Shown here piece by piece: positions 38,383 through 48,249 of a stretch of 64,000 bases of DNA; positions within the stretch are counted from its first letter, which is position 1; the number at the start of each line of letters is the position of its first letter. The position numbers and the translations under genes are program-made. Below the pieces are notes generated by a model. The model was not told the origin of the DNA and searched no databases. It was given only the letters and a program-made list of their open reading frames with translations. Source of the DNA: an uncultured Neomegalonema sp. (lineage in GTDB: Bacteria > Pseudomonadota > Alphaproteobacteria > Rhodobacterales > Rhodobacteraceae); assembly GCA_938008165.1 (NCBI GenBank), contig CALLLP010000001.1:67585-131584 (forward strand), written 5' to 3'.

Positions 38383-39381
38383 ATGCCCGCTGAATTCTGG
38401 TACGGTGTCGAGGTTCTGCTGAACGGCCTGATGGCCGGGGTTATGTATTCCCTCGTCGCGCTCGGTTTCGTCCTGATTTTCAAGGCATCGGGCATCTTCA
38501 ACTATGCTCAAGGGGTCATGGCGCTGTTTGCGGCGCAAACGTTGGTGGGTATCCAGACCGGATTGGTGCCGTTCTCGCATATGATCAATGCCATGTTCGG
38601 GACCAAGATCCATCATTTCGGCTGGAACGTGCCGACATTCGCGGCGATTCTGCTCACGATTGGTGTGATGGTCTTGTTTGCGATCATCGTGGAAAAGCTG
38701 ATCCTCAAGCATCTCGTCAACCAAGAACCGATCATCCTGTTCATGGCGACCATCGGCCTCGCCTATTTCTTGGAGGGGTTCGGCGATCTGATGTGGGGGG
38801 CCGAGATCAAAAAGCTGGATGTGGGCATTCCCCAGGGCGGCAATGTCTGGGTCGAGGAGAGCACGGCCTTTCTGGGTGGCGATGATTTCTACGGCTTTTA
38901 TCTCGATACGCTCGATATTTATGCAACCGTGATCGCCATCGTGCTGGTCGCATCTCTGGTTCTGTTTTCGCAATATACGAAGACGGGCCGGGCGCTGCGT
39001 GCGGTGGCGGATGACCATCAGGCGGCCCTGTCGGTCGGCATTTCACTGCGCACGATCTGGGTGATCGTCTGGTCCATTGCCGGATTCGTTGCCTTGGTTG
39101 CCGGGGTCATGTGGGGCGCGAAATCGGGGGTACAGTTCTCGCTATCCCTGATCGCGCTCAAGGCGTTGCCGGTGCTGATGCTCGGTGGTTTTACATCGAT
39201 CCCCGGTGCCATCATCGGCGGGTTGATCATCGGCGTGGGCGAGAAGATGTTCGAGTTTCTGATCGGTGCGCCCTTCCTTGGCGGGGCGACGGAGAACTGG
39301 TTTGCGTATATGCTGGCGCTGATCTTCCTGATCTTCCGTCCACAAGGCCTGTTCGGCGAAAAAATCATCGAGAGGGTCTGA
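38383..39381 (+). CDS. branched-chain-type ABC transporter permease (LivH-like)
   Basis: 332 aa polytopic membrane protein with a LivH-like organisation. Confidence 0.8.
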   Translation: MPAEFWYGVEVLLNGLMAGVMYSLVALGFVLIFKASGIFNYAQGVMALFAAQTLVGIQTGLVPFSHMINAMFGTKIHHFGWNVPTFAAILLTIGVMVLFAIIVEKLILKHLVNQEPIILFMATIGLAYFLEGFGDLMWGAEIKKLDVGIPQGGNVWVEESTAFLGGDDFYGFYLDTLDIYATVIAIVLVASLVLFSQYTKTGRALRAVADDHQAALSVGISLRTIWVIVWSIAGFVALVAGVMWGAKSGVQFSLSLIALKALPVLMLGGFTSIPGAIIGGLIIGVGEKMFEFLIGAPFLGGATENWFAYMLALIFLIFRPQGLFGEKIIERV

Positions 39382-39384
39382 CAC

Positions 39385-40461
39385 ATGATTTACCGCGAAG
39401 TCGGCGACTTTAAGACAACCTATCGGGATGATGGGCAGACCTTTCCGATCCATTTTGACCGGATGCGCTATTACGTGGTGCTTTTGGTCGCGTTCTGTGT
39501 CGTGCCCTTTATCGTCAACGATTACTGGACGAATGCGGTCCTGCTGCCCTTTCTGATCTATGCTATCGCGGCGATCGGGCTGAATATCCTGACCGGATAC
39601 TGCGGACAGGTATCGCTCGGCACGGGCGGATTCATGGCGGTGGGGGCCTATGCCTGCTACAAGCTGATGACGTCGTTTCCGGACCTGAATATCTTTTTCT
39701 GCGTCCTGTTATCGGGCGCGATCACGGCGCTGGTCGGCATGCTGTTTGGCCTGCCGTCGCTCAGGATCAAGGGGTTCTACCTTGCTGTGGCGACACTGGC
39801 TGCGCAGTTCTTTCTCGTCTGGATGTTCAACAAGGTGTCGTGGTTCTACAACTACTCCGCTTCGGGCCAGATCAACGCGCCCGAACGCACGCTTCTCGGC
39901 TACAAGATCACGGGGGCGGAGACTTCCGCGCCGGTCACCTATCTGTTCTGCCTTGTCCTTGTGGTCATCCTCGCGATCATTGCGCGCAATCTGACGCGGG
40001 GGCATCTGGGGCGGTCATGGATGGCGATCCGGGATATGGATATCGCCGCCGAGATCATCGGGGTGAACCCACTCAAGGCCAAGCTGACGGCTTTTGGCAT
40101 CTCGTCTTTCTATATCGGCGTGGCGGGGGCGTTGCTGTTCTCGGTCTATCTCGGCGCGGTCGAGGTGGGCGAGGTGTTCGGCATCCAGAAATCCTTCCTC
40201 GTCCTGTTTATGATCATCATCGGTGGTCTGGGATCGATCTTCGGCTCCTTTGCCGGGGCAGCCTTTATGGTGCTCTTGCCGGTATTGCTGAAGAATGTGC
40301 TGGTCGGGATGCTGGGATGGCCGACGGATATTGCGACCCATCTGGAATTCGCGATCGTCGGTCTGTTGATCGTCGTGTTTCTGATCCTGGAGCCGCACGG
40401 CCTCGCGCAGCTTTGGCGCATCATCAAGGAAAAGCTGCGCCTTTGGCCATTTCCGCATTAA
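39385..40461 (+). CDS. branched-chain-type ABC transporter permease (LivM-like)
   Basis: 358 aa polytopic membrane protein, GQVSLGTGGFMAVGAY block. Confidence 0.8.
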   Translation: MIYREVGDFKTTYRDDGQTFPIHFDRMRYYVVLLVAFCVVPFIVNDYWTNAVLLPFLIYAIAAIGLNILTGYCGQVSLGTGGFMAVGAYACYKLMTSFPDLNIFFCVLLSGAITALVGMLFGLPSLRIKGFYLAVATLAAQFFLVWMFNKVSWFYNYSASGQINAPERTLLGYKITGAETSAPVTYLFCLVLVVILAIIARNLTRGHLGRSWMAIRDMDIAAEIIGVNPLKAKLTAFGISSFYIGVAGALLFSVYLGAVEVGEVFGIQKSFLVLFMIIIGGLGSIFGSFAGAAFMVLLPVLLKNVLVGMLGWPTDIATHLEFAIVGLLIVVFLILEPHGLAQLWRIIKEKLRLWPFPH

Positions 40462-40546
40462 GCTTGCCATATTCGATGCGTTTTGCGCCCCAATAGGGGC
40501 CGCATTGACCGACTACTGATAAAAAGACGAAACAGGGAGAGACCCA

Positions 40547-41833
40547 ATGAAAATGAAGACTTTTACCGCCATCGCGCTCGCCGTGACGATGGCCGCTCCG
40601 CCAGCCTTTGCGGATCTTGTATTCCCGTCGCTCAGCTATCGCACCGGTCCCTATGCCGCGAATGGCATTCCCTTTGCTGATGGCTACGAGGATTATTTCA
40701 AGCTGATCAACGCCCGCGATGGCGGCATCGGCGGCGAGATGGTCAAGGTGATCGAATGCGAGACCGGCTATAACACCGAAAAAGGCGTCGAATGCTATGA
40801 GTCGACCAAGGGCGAGGGTGCGCTGGTCTATCAGCCGCTATCGACCGGCATCACGTATCAGTTGATCCCGAAATCGGCGGCCGATGGCATTCCATTGCAC
40901 ACGATGGGCTATGGCCGTACCTCGGCGGCGAATGGTAAGGTGTTCAACACCGTGTTCAACTACCCGGCCAATTACTGGAACGGGGCCTCGGCGGTGGTGA
41001 ACCATTTGCTCGAAATCAATGACGGCGATATCAAGGGCAAGACCCTTGCGCTCGTCTATCACAACTCCGCCTATGGCAAGGAGCCGATCCGGACACGGGA
41101 GGAGCTGTCGAAAAAGCACGGCTTTGAGCTGACCCTGTTGCCGGTCGATCATCCCGGTCAGGAGCAGAAATCCCAATGGCTCCAGATTCGCCGTGAAAAG
41201 CCCGATTACGTGACGATGTGGGGCTGGGGCGTGATGAACGCAACGGCGATTCAGGAAGCGGCCAATATTCGCTATCCGATGGAAAATTTCATCGGCGTGT
41301 GGTGGTCCGGCTCCGAAAACGACGTGAAGCCGGTCGGCGATAAGGCCGATGGGTACAAGGCGTTGAACTTCCACGGCGTTGGCGACGATTACCCGCTCTA
41401 TGACGACCTGAAGAAATATGTCTATGACGAGGGCAATGCCACCGGCGCGGGCGATCAGAAGGGCACGGTCCTCTATAACCGGGGCATGTATGCCGCGATG
41501 CTCGCTGTCGAAGCCGCCAAGAAGGCACAGGAAATTCACGGTGTCTCCGACATCACGCCGCAGCAGATGCGCGACGGGATGGAAGCGCTGGAAATCACTG
41601 AAGACCTGATGACCGAACTCGGCATGCCCGGTTTTGGCCCGAGCTTTAAGGTCTCCTGCGAAAACCATGGCGGCCCCGGCCTTGCGTCGGTCAACCAATG
41701 GGATGCGAAAGCAGGCCAGTGGAAGCAGATTACCGATTACAGCGAAAGCGATATGGATGTGATCGGCGCGCTGATCGAAGAAGATTCCGCCGCCTATGCG
41801 AAGGAAAGCAACGTCGAAGAAGCGTGTAGCTAA
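40547..41833 (+). CDS. ABC transporter periplasmic substrate-binding protein (LivK/Peripla_BP_6-like)
   Basis: Signal peptide MKMKTFTAIALAVTMAAPPAFA; 428 aa soluble domain. Confidence 0.8.
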   Translation: MKMKTFTAIALAVTMAAPPAFADLVFPSLSYRTGPYAANGIPFADGYEDYFKLINARDGGIGGEMVKVIECETGYNTEKGVECYESTKGEGALVYQPLSTGITYQLIPKSAADGIPLHTMGYGRTSAANGKVFNTVFNYPANYWNGASAVVNHLLEINDGDIKGKTLALVYHNSAYGKEPIRTREELSKKHGFELTLLPVDHPGQEQKSQWLQIRREKPDYVTMWGWGVMNATAIQEAANIRYPMENFIGVWWSGSENDVKPVGDKADGYKALNFHGVGDDYPLYDDLKKYVYDEGNATGAGDQKGTVLYNRGMYAAMLAVEAAKKAQEIHGVSDITPQQMRDGMEALEITEDLMTELGMPGFGPSFKVSCENHGGPGLASVNQWDAKAGQWKQITDYSESDMDVIGALIEEDSAAYAKESNVEEACS

Positions 41834-41913
41834 AACATAACACGCCCGATTAAAACCAAGACCTGTTCCGGCCATGTGCCGGGGCGGGTCATCCCGGAAA
41901 CTGGAGTCCGTTC

Positions 41914-42759
41914 ATGACCGATGCCCCCTTGACGACCGCAGCGGAGCCAGCCCCCGAAGAAGCGTTGCTGGAAGTCAGCAATATCGAGGTGATCTACAAC
42001 CACGTGATTCTCGTGCTGAAAGGCGTTAGTCTCGCGGTCCCCAAGGGTGGAATTACCGCGCTTTTGGGTGGCAATGGCGCGGGAAAGACGACGACGCTCA
42101 AGGCGGTTTCGAACCTGCTGCATTCGGAGCGGGGCGAGGTGACAAAAGGCTCAATCCGGTATCGTGGCGAATCCACCGCCGCGCTCATGCCCGCTGATCT
42201 GGTCAAAATGGGCGTTATTCAGGTGATGGAGGGCCGTCACTGCTTCGAACACCTGACCATCGAAGAAAACCTGATGACCGGAGCCTATACGCGCGGCGAC
42301 GGGCGCGCGAAGGTCGCCCGCGATCTGGAGATGGTCTATACGTATTTCCCTCGTCTCAAGGAACGCCGCAAGTCTCAGGCGGGCTATACATCGGGCGGCG
42401 AGCAACAGATGTGCGCCATTGGCCGGGCGCTTATGTCGCGCCCCGAAACCGTACTGCTCGACGAGCCATCCATGGGCCTCGCGCCGCAACTGGTCGAGGA
42501 AATCTTTGGAATCGTGAAGGATCTCAATGAAAAGGAGAATGTCACGTTTCTGCTTGCCGAACAAAATACCAATGTCGCATTGCGCTTCGCGCATTACGGG
42601 TACATTCTGGAATCCGGTCGTGTCGTAATGGACGGACCTGCCGCTGATCTGCGCGAAAACCCGGATGTGAAAGAGTTTTATCTGGGTATGTCTGACGAGG
42701 GGCGGAAATCTTATCGCAATGTCCGCTCCTATCGCCGCCGAAAGCGCTGGCTGGGATAA
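41914..42759 (+). CDS. branched-chain-type ABC transporter ATP-binding protein (LivF-like)
   Basis: Walker A GGNGAGKTT, TSGGEQQMCAIGRAL, LLDEPS. Confidence 0.85.
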   Translation: MTDAPLTTAAEPAPEEALLEVSNIEVIYNHVILVLKGVSLAVPKGGITALLGGNGAGKTTTLKAVSNLLHSERGEVTKGSIRYRGESTAALMPADLVKMGVIQVMEGRHCFEHLTIEENLMTGAYTRGDGRAKVARDLEMVYTYFPRLKERRKSQAGYTSGGEQQMCAIGRALMSRPETVLLDEPSMGLAPQLVEEIFGIVKDLNEKENVTFLLAEQNTNVALRFAHYGYILESGRVVMDGPAADLRENPDVKEFYLGMSDEGRKSYRNVRSYRRRKRWLG

Positions 42760-42809
42760 CGCGTCGCGAGGACTGGCCCTGTTGATCTGTTTCTGCAAGG
42801 AGAATCCCG

Positions 42810-44411
42810 ATGCACTTCAGAAAACCCGTTAATCTTCTCTCGGCTGCGGCGCTTGCGCTAGTGATCGGTGCGACCGCACCGGCATGGGCCGATACCCCAT
42901 CCGATACGCTGGTAATCGCTGACAAGATCGATGATATCGTCTCGATCGATCCGGCAGAATCCTTCGAATTCTCCGGCAATGACATGCTTAACAATGTCTA
43001 CGATACGCTCGTGGAATTGGACCCTTCCAATCTTGGCCCGCTGGTGCCGGGGCTTGCGACGGAATGGTCATTGGCCGAAGACGAGGTGACCTACACGTTC
43101 AAAATCCGCGAGGGCGTGACCTTTCATTCCGGCAACCCCTTGACGGCGGAGGATGCCGCGTGGTCGCTGCAACGCGCCGTGATCCTCGACAAGACGCCGT
43201 CTTTTATTCTCGATCAGTTCGGCTTTACCGCCGAGAATGTGGCCGAGAAGATCAAGGCAACGGGCACGCATGAGCTGACCATCGTAACCGACAAGCCCTA
43301 TGCGCCATCGTTCTTCTACAACTGTCTTACGGCGGTCGTGGCCTCCATCGTCGATAAGAAAGAGGCGATGAGCCACGAGACGGATGGCGATATGGGCTAT
43401 GAATGGCTCAAGACGAATACCGCCGGGTCGGGCGCCTATAAACTGCGCGATTTCAAGCCGTCGGATCGCTATGTCCTCGATCGTGCGAGTGACGATTACT
43501 GGCGCGGCGATGTGCCGATGAAGCGTATCTTCGTCCGCCATGTTCCCGAACCCTCGACACAGCGCCTGCTGCTGGAGCGCGGCGATATCGATGTGGCGCG
43601 CAAGCTGACCACCGTGGATATTGCCGGGATCGAGGGCAATGAGGACATTACGGTCAATGACGAGGTGCGCGGCCGCCTCATGTATGTCGCGATGAACCAA
43701 AAGGTCGAGCCGCTGAACAATCCCAAAGTGGTCGAAGCGATCAAGCACTTGATCGATTACGAGGGCATGGCCGGTAGTTTTCTCAAGGGTCAGTATACGG
43801 TACATCAGGCGTTTTTGCCCGATGGATTTCTCGGTGCGCTGACTGAAAAGCCTTACAGCTTCGACGTGGCGAAGGCCAAAGCCCTGCTTGATGAGGCGGG
43901 GGTCGGCGATATTTCGCTGCGCATCTTTGTGCGGAACGATCAGGATCGGCTGGAAATGGCGCAATCCTTCCAGAATACGCTGGCCCAAGCGGGGATTGCG
44001 GCAGAGCTTCGCACGGGAACCGGCAAGGAAATTCTGGGCGAATACCGGGCGCGCAAGCATGACATCTATCTGGGTGCGTGGGGACCGGATTACCCCGATC
44101 CGCATACGAATGCCGACACCTTTGCCCGCAATCCCGATAACTCGGATGAGGGAAAGCATACTGGCATTTTGGCTTGGCGGAACGCATGGCCAGCGGTGGA
44201 GGTCAATGACATGACCAATGCGGCGGTACTGGAAAAAGACACGGCGAAACGCGAGGCGATGTATCTGGAAATCCAGCGTATCCACCAGAAATCCTCGCCC
44301 TTTGCGCCGATGTTCCAAGCGATTCAACAAGTTGCCATGCGCAACAATGTTGCGAATTTCTCGCAAGGCGGATCGATCCATTCGGCGTTCTACTGGCCTA
44401 CGACGAAATGA
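42810..44411 (+). CDS. ABC transporter substrate-binding protein, family 5 (peptide/opine/nickel type)
   Basis: Signal peptide ...LALVIGATAPAWA; 533 aa. AAGGAGA Shine-Dalgarno upstream. Confidence 0.8.
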   Translation: MHFRKPVNLLSAAALALVIGATAPAWADTPSDTLVIADKIDDIVSIDPAESFEFSGNDMLNNVYDTLVELDPSNLGPLVPGLATEWSLAEDEVTYTFKIREGVTFHSGNPLTAEDAAWSLQRAVILDKTPSFILDQFGFTAENVAEKIKATGTHELTIVTDKPYAPSFFYNCLTAVVASIVDKKEAMSHETDGDMGYEWLKTNTAGSGAYKLRDFKPSDRYVLDRASDDYWRGDVPMKRIFVRHVPEPSTQRLLLERGDIDVARKLTTVDIAGIEGNEDITVNDEVRGRLMYVAMNQKVEPLNNPKVVEAIKHLIDYEGMAGSFLKGQYTVHQAFLPDGFLGALTEKPYSFDVAKAKALLDEAGVGDISLRIFVRNDQDRLEMAQSFQNTLAQAGIAAELRTGTGKEILGEYRARKHDIYLGAWGPDYPDPHTNADTFARNPDNSDEGKHTGILAWRNAWPAVEVNDMTNAAVLEKDTAKREAMYLEIQRIHQKSSPFAPMFQAIQQVAMRNNVANFSQGGSIHSAFYWPTTK

Positions 44412-44425
44412 TCTGACCGATCGAA

Positions 44426-44450
44426 ACGGTCCCTTCGGGGGCCGTTTTTT
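44426..44450 (+). terminator. rho-independent terminator/attenuator directly after the substrate-binding protein gene
   Basis: ACGGTCCC-TTCG-GGGGCCGT followed by TTTTT, 15 nt after the stop. Confidence 0.75.
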
Positions 44451-44465
44451 ATTGCGGAGACACGC

Positions 44466-45344
44466 ATGATCCGCCCCGGTCCCATCCTTGCTGTTCTGAT
44501 GATCGGTGTGCTCTGGGGGGTAAACTGGCCGGTGGTGAAGGTCATCCTGACCGATATTCCGCCCTTTACCCTGCGCGGCGTCGCCTTTCCGTTGGCGGCC
44601 CTTGGCCTTGCCATCGGGGCGAAGGGGGCGGGGTATCGCCTCTATGTACCGAGGCATGAACGCGTTGCGCTGTGCGGGGCCGGATTGTTTCTCGTCTTTG
44701 GGTTCAATGTCCTTGCGACCTTCGGTCAGGTGCTTGTCGAGACATCGAAAGCGGCGATCATCGCCTATACGATGCCTGCCCTTACCGCGCTGCTGGCCGT
44801 GATTTTCCTGCGGGAGCGGATCGGGGCGCGCCTGATTGCGGCATTGATGATGGGCATGGCGGGGCTTGGTCTGCTCGCTTCGGAGGATATGGCCGCTCTG
44901 CGCGCCGAGCCGCTGGGACCGATGATCACGCTGGCGGCGGCGCTGTCTTGGGCGATTGGCAATGTCGCGTTGAAAGCGCGGGATTGGGAGACACCGCCTC
45001 TGGTGCTGAGCGTGTGGTTCTTCGTTTTGTCGGCGGTGCTGGTCTGGCCCTTTGTCATCGTATTCGAGCCGCCATGGACACAGACCTGGCCTGAGGGCCG
45101 CAGTATCGCGCTGATGGCGTATCATATCCTTGGACCGATGATTGTGTGCTATTTCGTCTGGACCGTCGTGATCGCTCGATTGCCTGCGACGGTGGCGGCG
45201 ATCTCGGTCTTGACCGCGCCAGTGATGGGGGTGGTCTCGGCGGTCTGGTTTCTGGGCGATCCGCTGACATGGCAAAAGGTCACCTCGCTCGCGATGATTG
45301 TCCTGTCCATCGGTTTGACGTTGTCGCCGATGAAGACGCGGTGA
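44466..45344 (+). CDS. DMT superfamily (EamA-like) transporter
   Basis: 292 aa with about 10 hydrophobic segments, two EamA-type halves. Confidence 0.8.
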   Translation: MIRPGPILAVLMIGVLWGVNWPVVKVILTDIPPFTLRGVAFPLAALGLAIGAKGAGYRLYVPRHERVALCGAGLFLVFGFNVLATFGQVLVETSKAAIIAYTMPALTALLAVIFLRERIGARLIAALMMGMAGLGLLASEDMAALRAEPLGPMITLAAALSWAIGNVALKARDWETPPLVLSVWFFVLSAVLVWPFVIVFEPPWTQTWPEGRSIALMAYHILGPMIVCYFVWTVVIARLPATVAAISVLTAPVMGVVSAVWFLGDPLTWQKVTSLAMIVLSIGLTLSPMKTR

Positions 45345-45418
45345 TCGGGTTTCCGGCCTTTCCTTGGTCCGGGTGCCTCGATAGGGTCGATGAAACGGTA
45401 TCTTGAATCGGATTGTGC

Positions 45419-46513
45419 ATGGCTTCGATCGATCCCAGCCTTTCGCCCCATGCCGAGGCCGATGGTCCCCGCCGGGGCGAGCGCATCCTCGCCTTTGCAA
45501 AGAGCGCCGCCAAGCTGATTGCCACATTGCTCGTGACCGTTCTGGGCCTGCTGGCGATTACCTTCATCATCGGGCGAGTCGTGCCGATCGATCCGGTGCT
45601 GGCGGTGCTGGGCGAGCGCGCGACCGCTGAACAGGCCGAAGCGGCCCGCGAAGCGATGGGGCTGAACGAGCCGCTATGGGTTCAATTCGCACTTTATGTC
45701 CGCGATGCGGCGCAAGGGGATTTCGGCAAATCGCTGCTGACCGCCCGCCCGGTGATCGAGGATATTGCGCGTGTCTTTCCGGCGACGCTGGAGCTGGCCA
45801 CGATTGCGACGATTATCGGGGTCGTGCTGGGGATTCCGGCGGGGGTGCTGGCGGCGACCAAACCGGGCAGTTGGGTCGATCAACTCGTGCGCCTGATCGG
45901 TTTGATGGGATATTCGATGCCGATCTTCTGGCTTGGGCTGATGGGATTGTTGATCTTCTATGGCAATCTCGGATGGGTCGGGGGGCCGGGGCGTCTCGAT
46001 ACCAGTTATGAATTCATCTATGATCTGGATGTGCCACAGCGTACCGGCGCGATCCTGCTCGATACGGCGCTAGCCGGGGCGTGGGATGTGTTTCGCAACG
46101 CTCTGACGCATATCGTGCTCCCGGCGACCGTGCTGGGCTATTACTCGATGGCCTATATCAGCCGCATGACCCGCTCTTTCATGCTGGAGCAACTCAGTCA
46201 GGAATACGTGACGACCGCACGGGTCAAGGGGATGCCCGAATGGCGGGTTGTCTGGGTCCATGCGCTGCGCAATGTGATGGTGCCGCTGATTACCGTGATT
46301 GCGCTTTCTTACGCGAATCTGCTGGAAGGTTCGGTCTTGACCGAGACCGTCTTCGCATGGCCGGGATTGGGCCTCTATATCACCAATGCGCTGTTTTCGG
46401 CGGATATGGCGGCGGTGATGGGGGGGACCATCATGGTGGGATTGGTCTTTATCTGTCTCAACCTTTTGTCGGATGCGCTCTATCGTTTTGTTGATCCGAG
46501 GGCGCGCCCATGA
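45419..46513 (+). CDS. ABC transporter permease (DppB/OppB-like)
   Basis: ORF from the TTG at 45413; first ATG at 45419. Polytopic, with an RVKGMPEWRV-type conserved cytoplasmic loop. Confidence 0.8.
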   Translation: MASIDPSLSPHAEADGPRRGERILAFAKSAAKLIATLLVTVLGLLAITFIIGRVVPIDPVLAVLGERATAEQAEAAREAMGLNEPLWVQFALYVRDAAQGDFGKSLLTARPVIEDIARVFPATLELATIATIIGVVLGIPAGVLAATKPGSWVDQLVRLIGLMGYSMPIFWLGLMGLLIFYGNLGWVGGPGRLDTSYEFIYDLDVPQRTGAILLDTALAGAWDVFRNALTHIVLPATVLGYYSMAYISRMTRSFMLEQLSQEYVTTARVKGMPEWRVVWVHALRNVMVPLITVIALSYANLLEGSVLTETVFAWPGLGLYITNALFSADMAAVMGGTIMVGLVFICLNLLSDALYRFVDPRARP

Positions 46514-47418
46514 AGGCGCTGCGCCGGGACTGGCTGCTCGATCCGAACCCCGCATCCCGTGGACAGGCGAGGGCAGGGCAGTTCTATCTCGGCTGGCTGA
46601 GGCTGATGCGCAATCCGCTGGCTGTCATCGGGCTGGTCATCATTGCCATCCTGATCGTCATGGCAGTGTTTGCACCGCTGGTCGCAACCCATGATCCCAT
46701 TGCGCAAAACCTTGCCGGACGCCTGCAACCGCCCCTGTCGCCCGGCCATTGGCTCGGCACCGATGAGTTCGGGCGCGATATTTACAGCCGCATCGTCTAT
46801 GGCTCGCGGGTGACGCTCTATATCGTATTGCTCGTTACGCTGACCGCGCCGGTCTTTGGGTTGTTGATCGGCACGGTTGCGGGGTATTTTGGCGGATGGA
46901 TCGATACGATGCTGATGCGCCTGACCGATATTTTTCTCGCCTTTCCACGCCTGATCCTTGCGCTGGCCTTCGTCGCGGCGCTGGGACCGGGGATCGGGAA
47001 TGCGATCCTTGCCATCGCGTTGACGGCCTGGCCGCCCTATGCGCGGGTGGCGCGGGCCGAGACGCTCACGGTGCGCAATTCGGATTACATTGCCGCCGTT
47101 CAGTTGCAGGGCGCGGGATCGGGGCGAATCCTGTTTTCGCATATTGCGCCGATATGCGTACCGTCGGTGATTATCCGGGTGACGCTCGATATGGCGGGGA
47201 TCATCCTGACCGCTGCCGGATTGGGCTTTCTTGGCCTTGGGGCACAGCCACCCTTGCCGGAATGGGGATTGATGATCTCCACGGGGCGCAAGTTCATGTT
47301 CGATCAATGGTGGGTTGCGACGATGCCGGGTATGGCGATCTTTATCGTCAGCCTTGGGTTCAATCTGCTGGGCGATGGCCTGCGCGATGTGCTCGACCCC
47401 CGGAGTACCGGCAAATGA
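46510..47418 (+). CDS. ABC transporter permease (DppC/OppC-like)
   Basis: ATGA overlap with the preceding permease gene. HWLGTDEFGRDIYSRIVYG block typical of DppC. Confidence 0.85.
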   Translation: MKALRRDWLLDPNPASRGQARAGQFYLGWLRLMRNPLAVIGLVIIAILIVMAVFAPLVATHDPIAQNLAGRLQPPLSPGHWLGTDEFGRDIYSRIVYGSRVTLYIVLLVTLTAPVFGLLIGTVAGYFGGWIDTMLMRLTDIFLAFPRLILALAFVAALGPGIGNAILAIALTAWPPYARVARAETLTVRNSDYIAAVQLQGAGSGRILFSHIAPICVPSVIIRVTLDMAGIILTAAGLGFLGLGAQPPLPEWGLMISTGRKFMFDQWWVATMPGMAIFIVSLGFNLLGDGLRDVLDPRSTGK

Positions 47419-48245
47419 GCTTGCTGGAGGTCGAGACTCTGCGCGTTGCCTTTGACACGGAAGCAGGGCCGGTGGAAGCGGTGCGCGGCATCAGCTTTGC
47501 GGTGGACCGCGAGCGGGTGGCTATTGTCGGGGAGAGCGGATCGGGCAAATCGGTCACGGGCCGGTCGATCCTGCGTCTGGTGCGCCCACCGGGGCGGGTC
47601 GCCGCCGACCGCATGCATTTCGACGGGCAGGATTTGCTCGCCCTGTCCGAGCGCAGGATGCGAGCCATCAGGGGGCAGCGCATCGCCATGGTGATGCAAG
47701 ACCCCAAATTCGCTCTCAACCCCGTCATGACCATCGGCGACCAAATGACCGAGGGGCTGCGCTATCGTGATGGCATGAGTCGCCGCAAGGCCCGCTCGAT
47801 CGCCATCGAAATGCTTGCCGCCGTACAAATCCGCGATGGTGAGCGGGTCATGCGCGCCTATCCGCATGAGATGTCGGGCGGGATGGGACAGCGGGTGATG
47901 ATCGCGATGATGCTAATCCCCGATCCGGACCTCCTGATCGCCGATGAGCCGACCTCTGCCCTCGATGTGACGGTACAGGCCGAGATCCTCGCGATTCTCG
48001 ATGATCTGGTGAAACAGCGTGGCATGGGCCTGATTTTTATCAGCCACGACCTGCGCCTCGTTTCGCGGTTCTGTGACCGGGTACTGGTGATGTATCGCGG
48101 CAAGATCGTCGAGCGGCTGGATGCGAACCATCTGGAGCGGGCGCAGCATCCCTATACGCGCGGTTTGCTGAATTGCCTGCCGAGTATCGGCGGGGATCGG
48201 GGGGCGTTGCCGGTGCTGAACCGGGATGCGGCATGGGCGGAATGA
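47415..48245 (+). CDS. ABC transporter ATP-binding protein (DppD/OppD-like)
   Basis: Starts at MSLLEVETLRVAF within ORF 46896..48245. Walker A GESGSGKS, MSGGMGQRVMIAMML. Confidence 0.85.
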   Translation: MSLLEVETLRVAFDTEAGPVEAVRGISFAVDRERVAIVGESGSGKSVTGRSILRLVRPPGRVAADRMHFDGQDLLALSERRMRAIRGQRIAMVMQDPKFALNPVMTIGDQMTEGLRYRDGMSRRKARSIAIEMLAAVQIRDGERVMRAYPHEMSGGMGQRVMIAMMLIPDPDLLIADEPTSALDVTVQAEILAILDDLVKQRGMGLIFISHDLRLVSRFCDRVLVMYRGKIVERLDANHLERAQHPYTRGLLNCLPSIGGDRGALPVLNRDAAWAE

Positions 48246-48249
48246 TGCG

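Noticed and set aside
43068-45527. Very long (819 aa) minus-strand ORF spanning the binding-protein, EamA and permease genes
   Set aside because: It is antisense to three well-supported plus-strand genes. The translation is Arg/Pro/Gly/His-rich low-complexity sequence, typical of an out-of-phase reading in high-GC DNA. No recognisable motifs.
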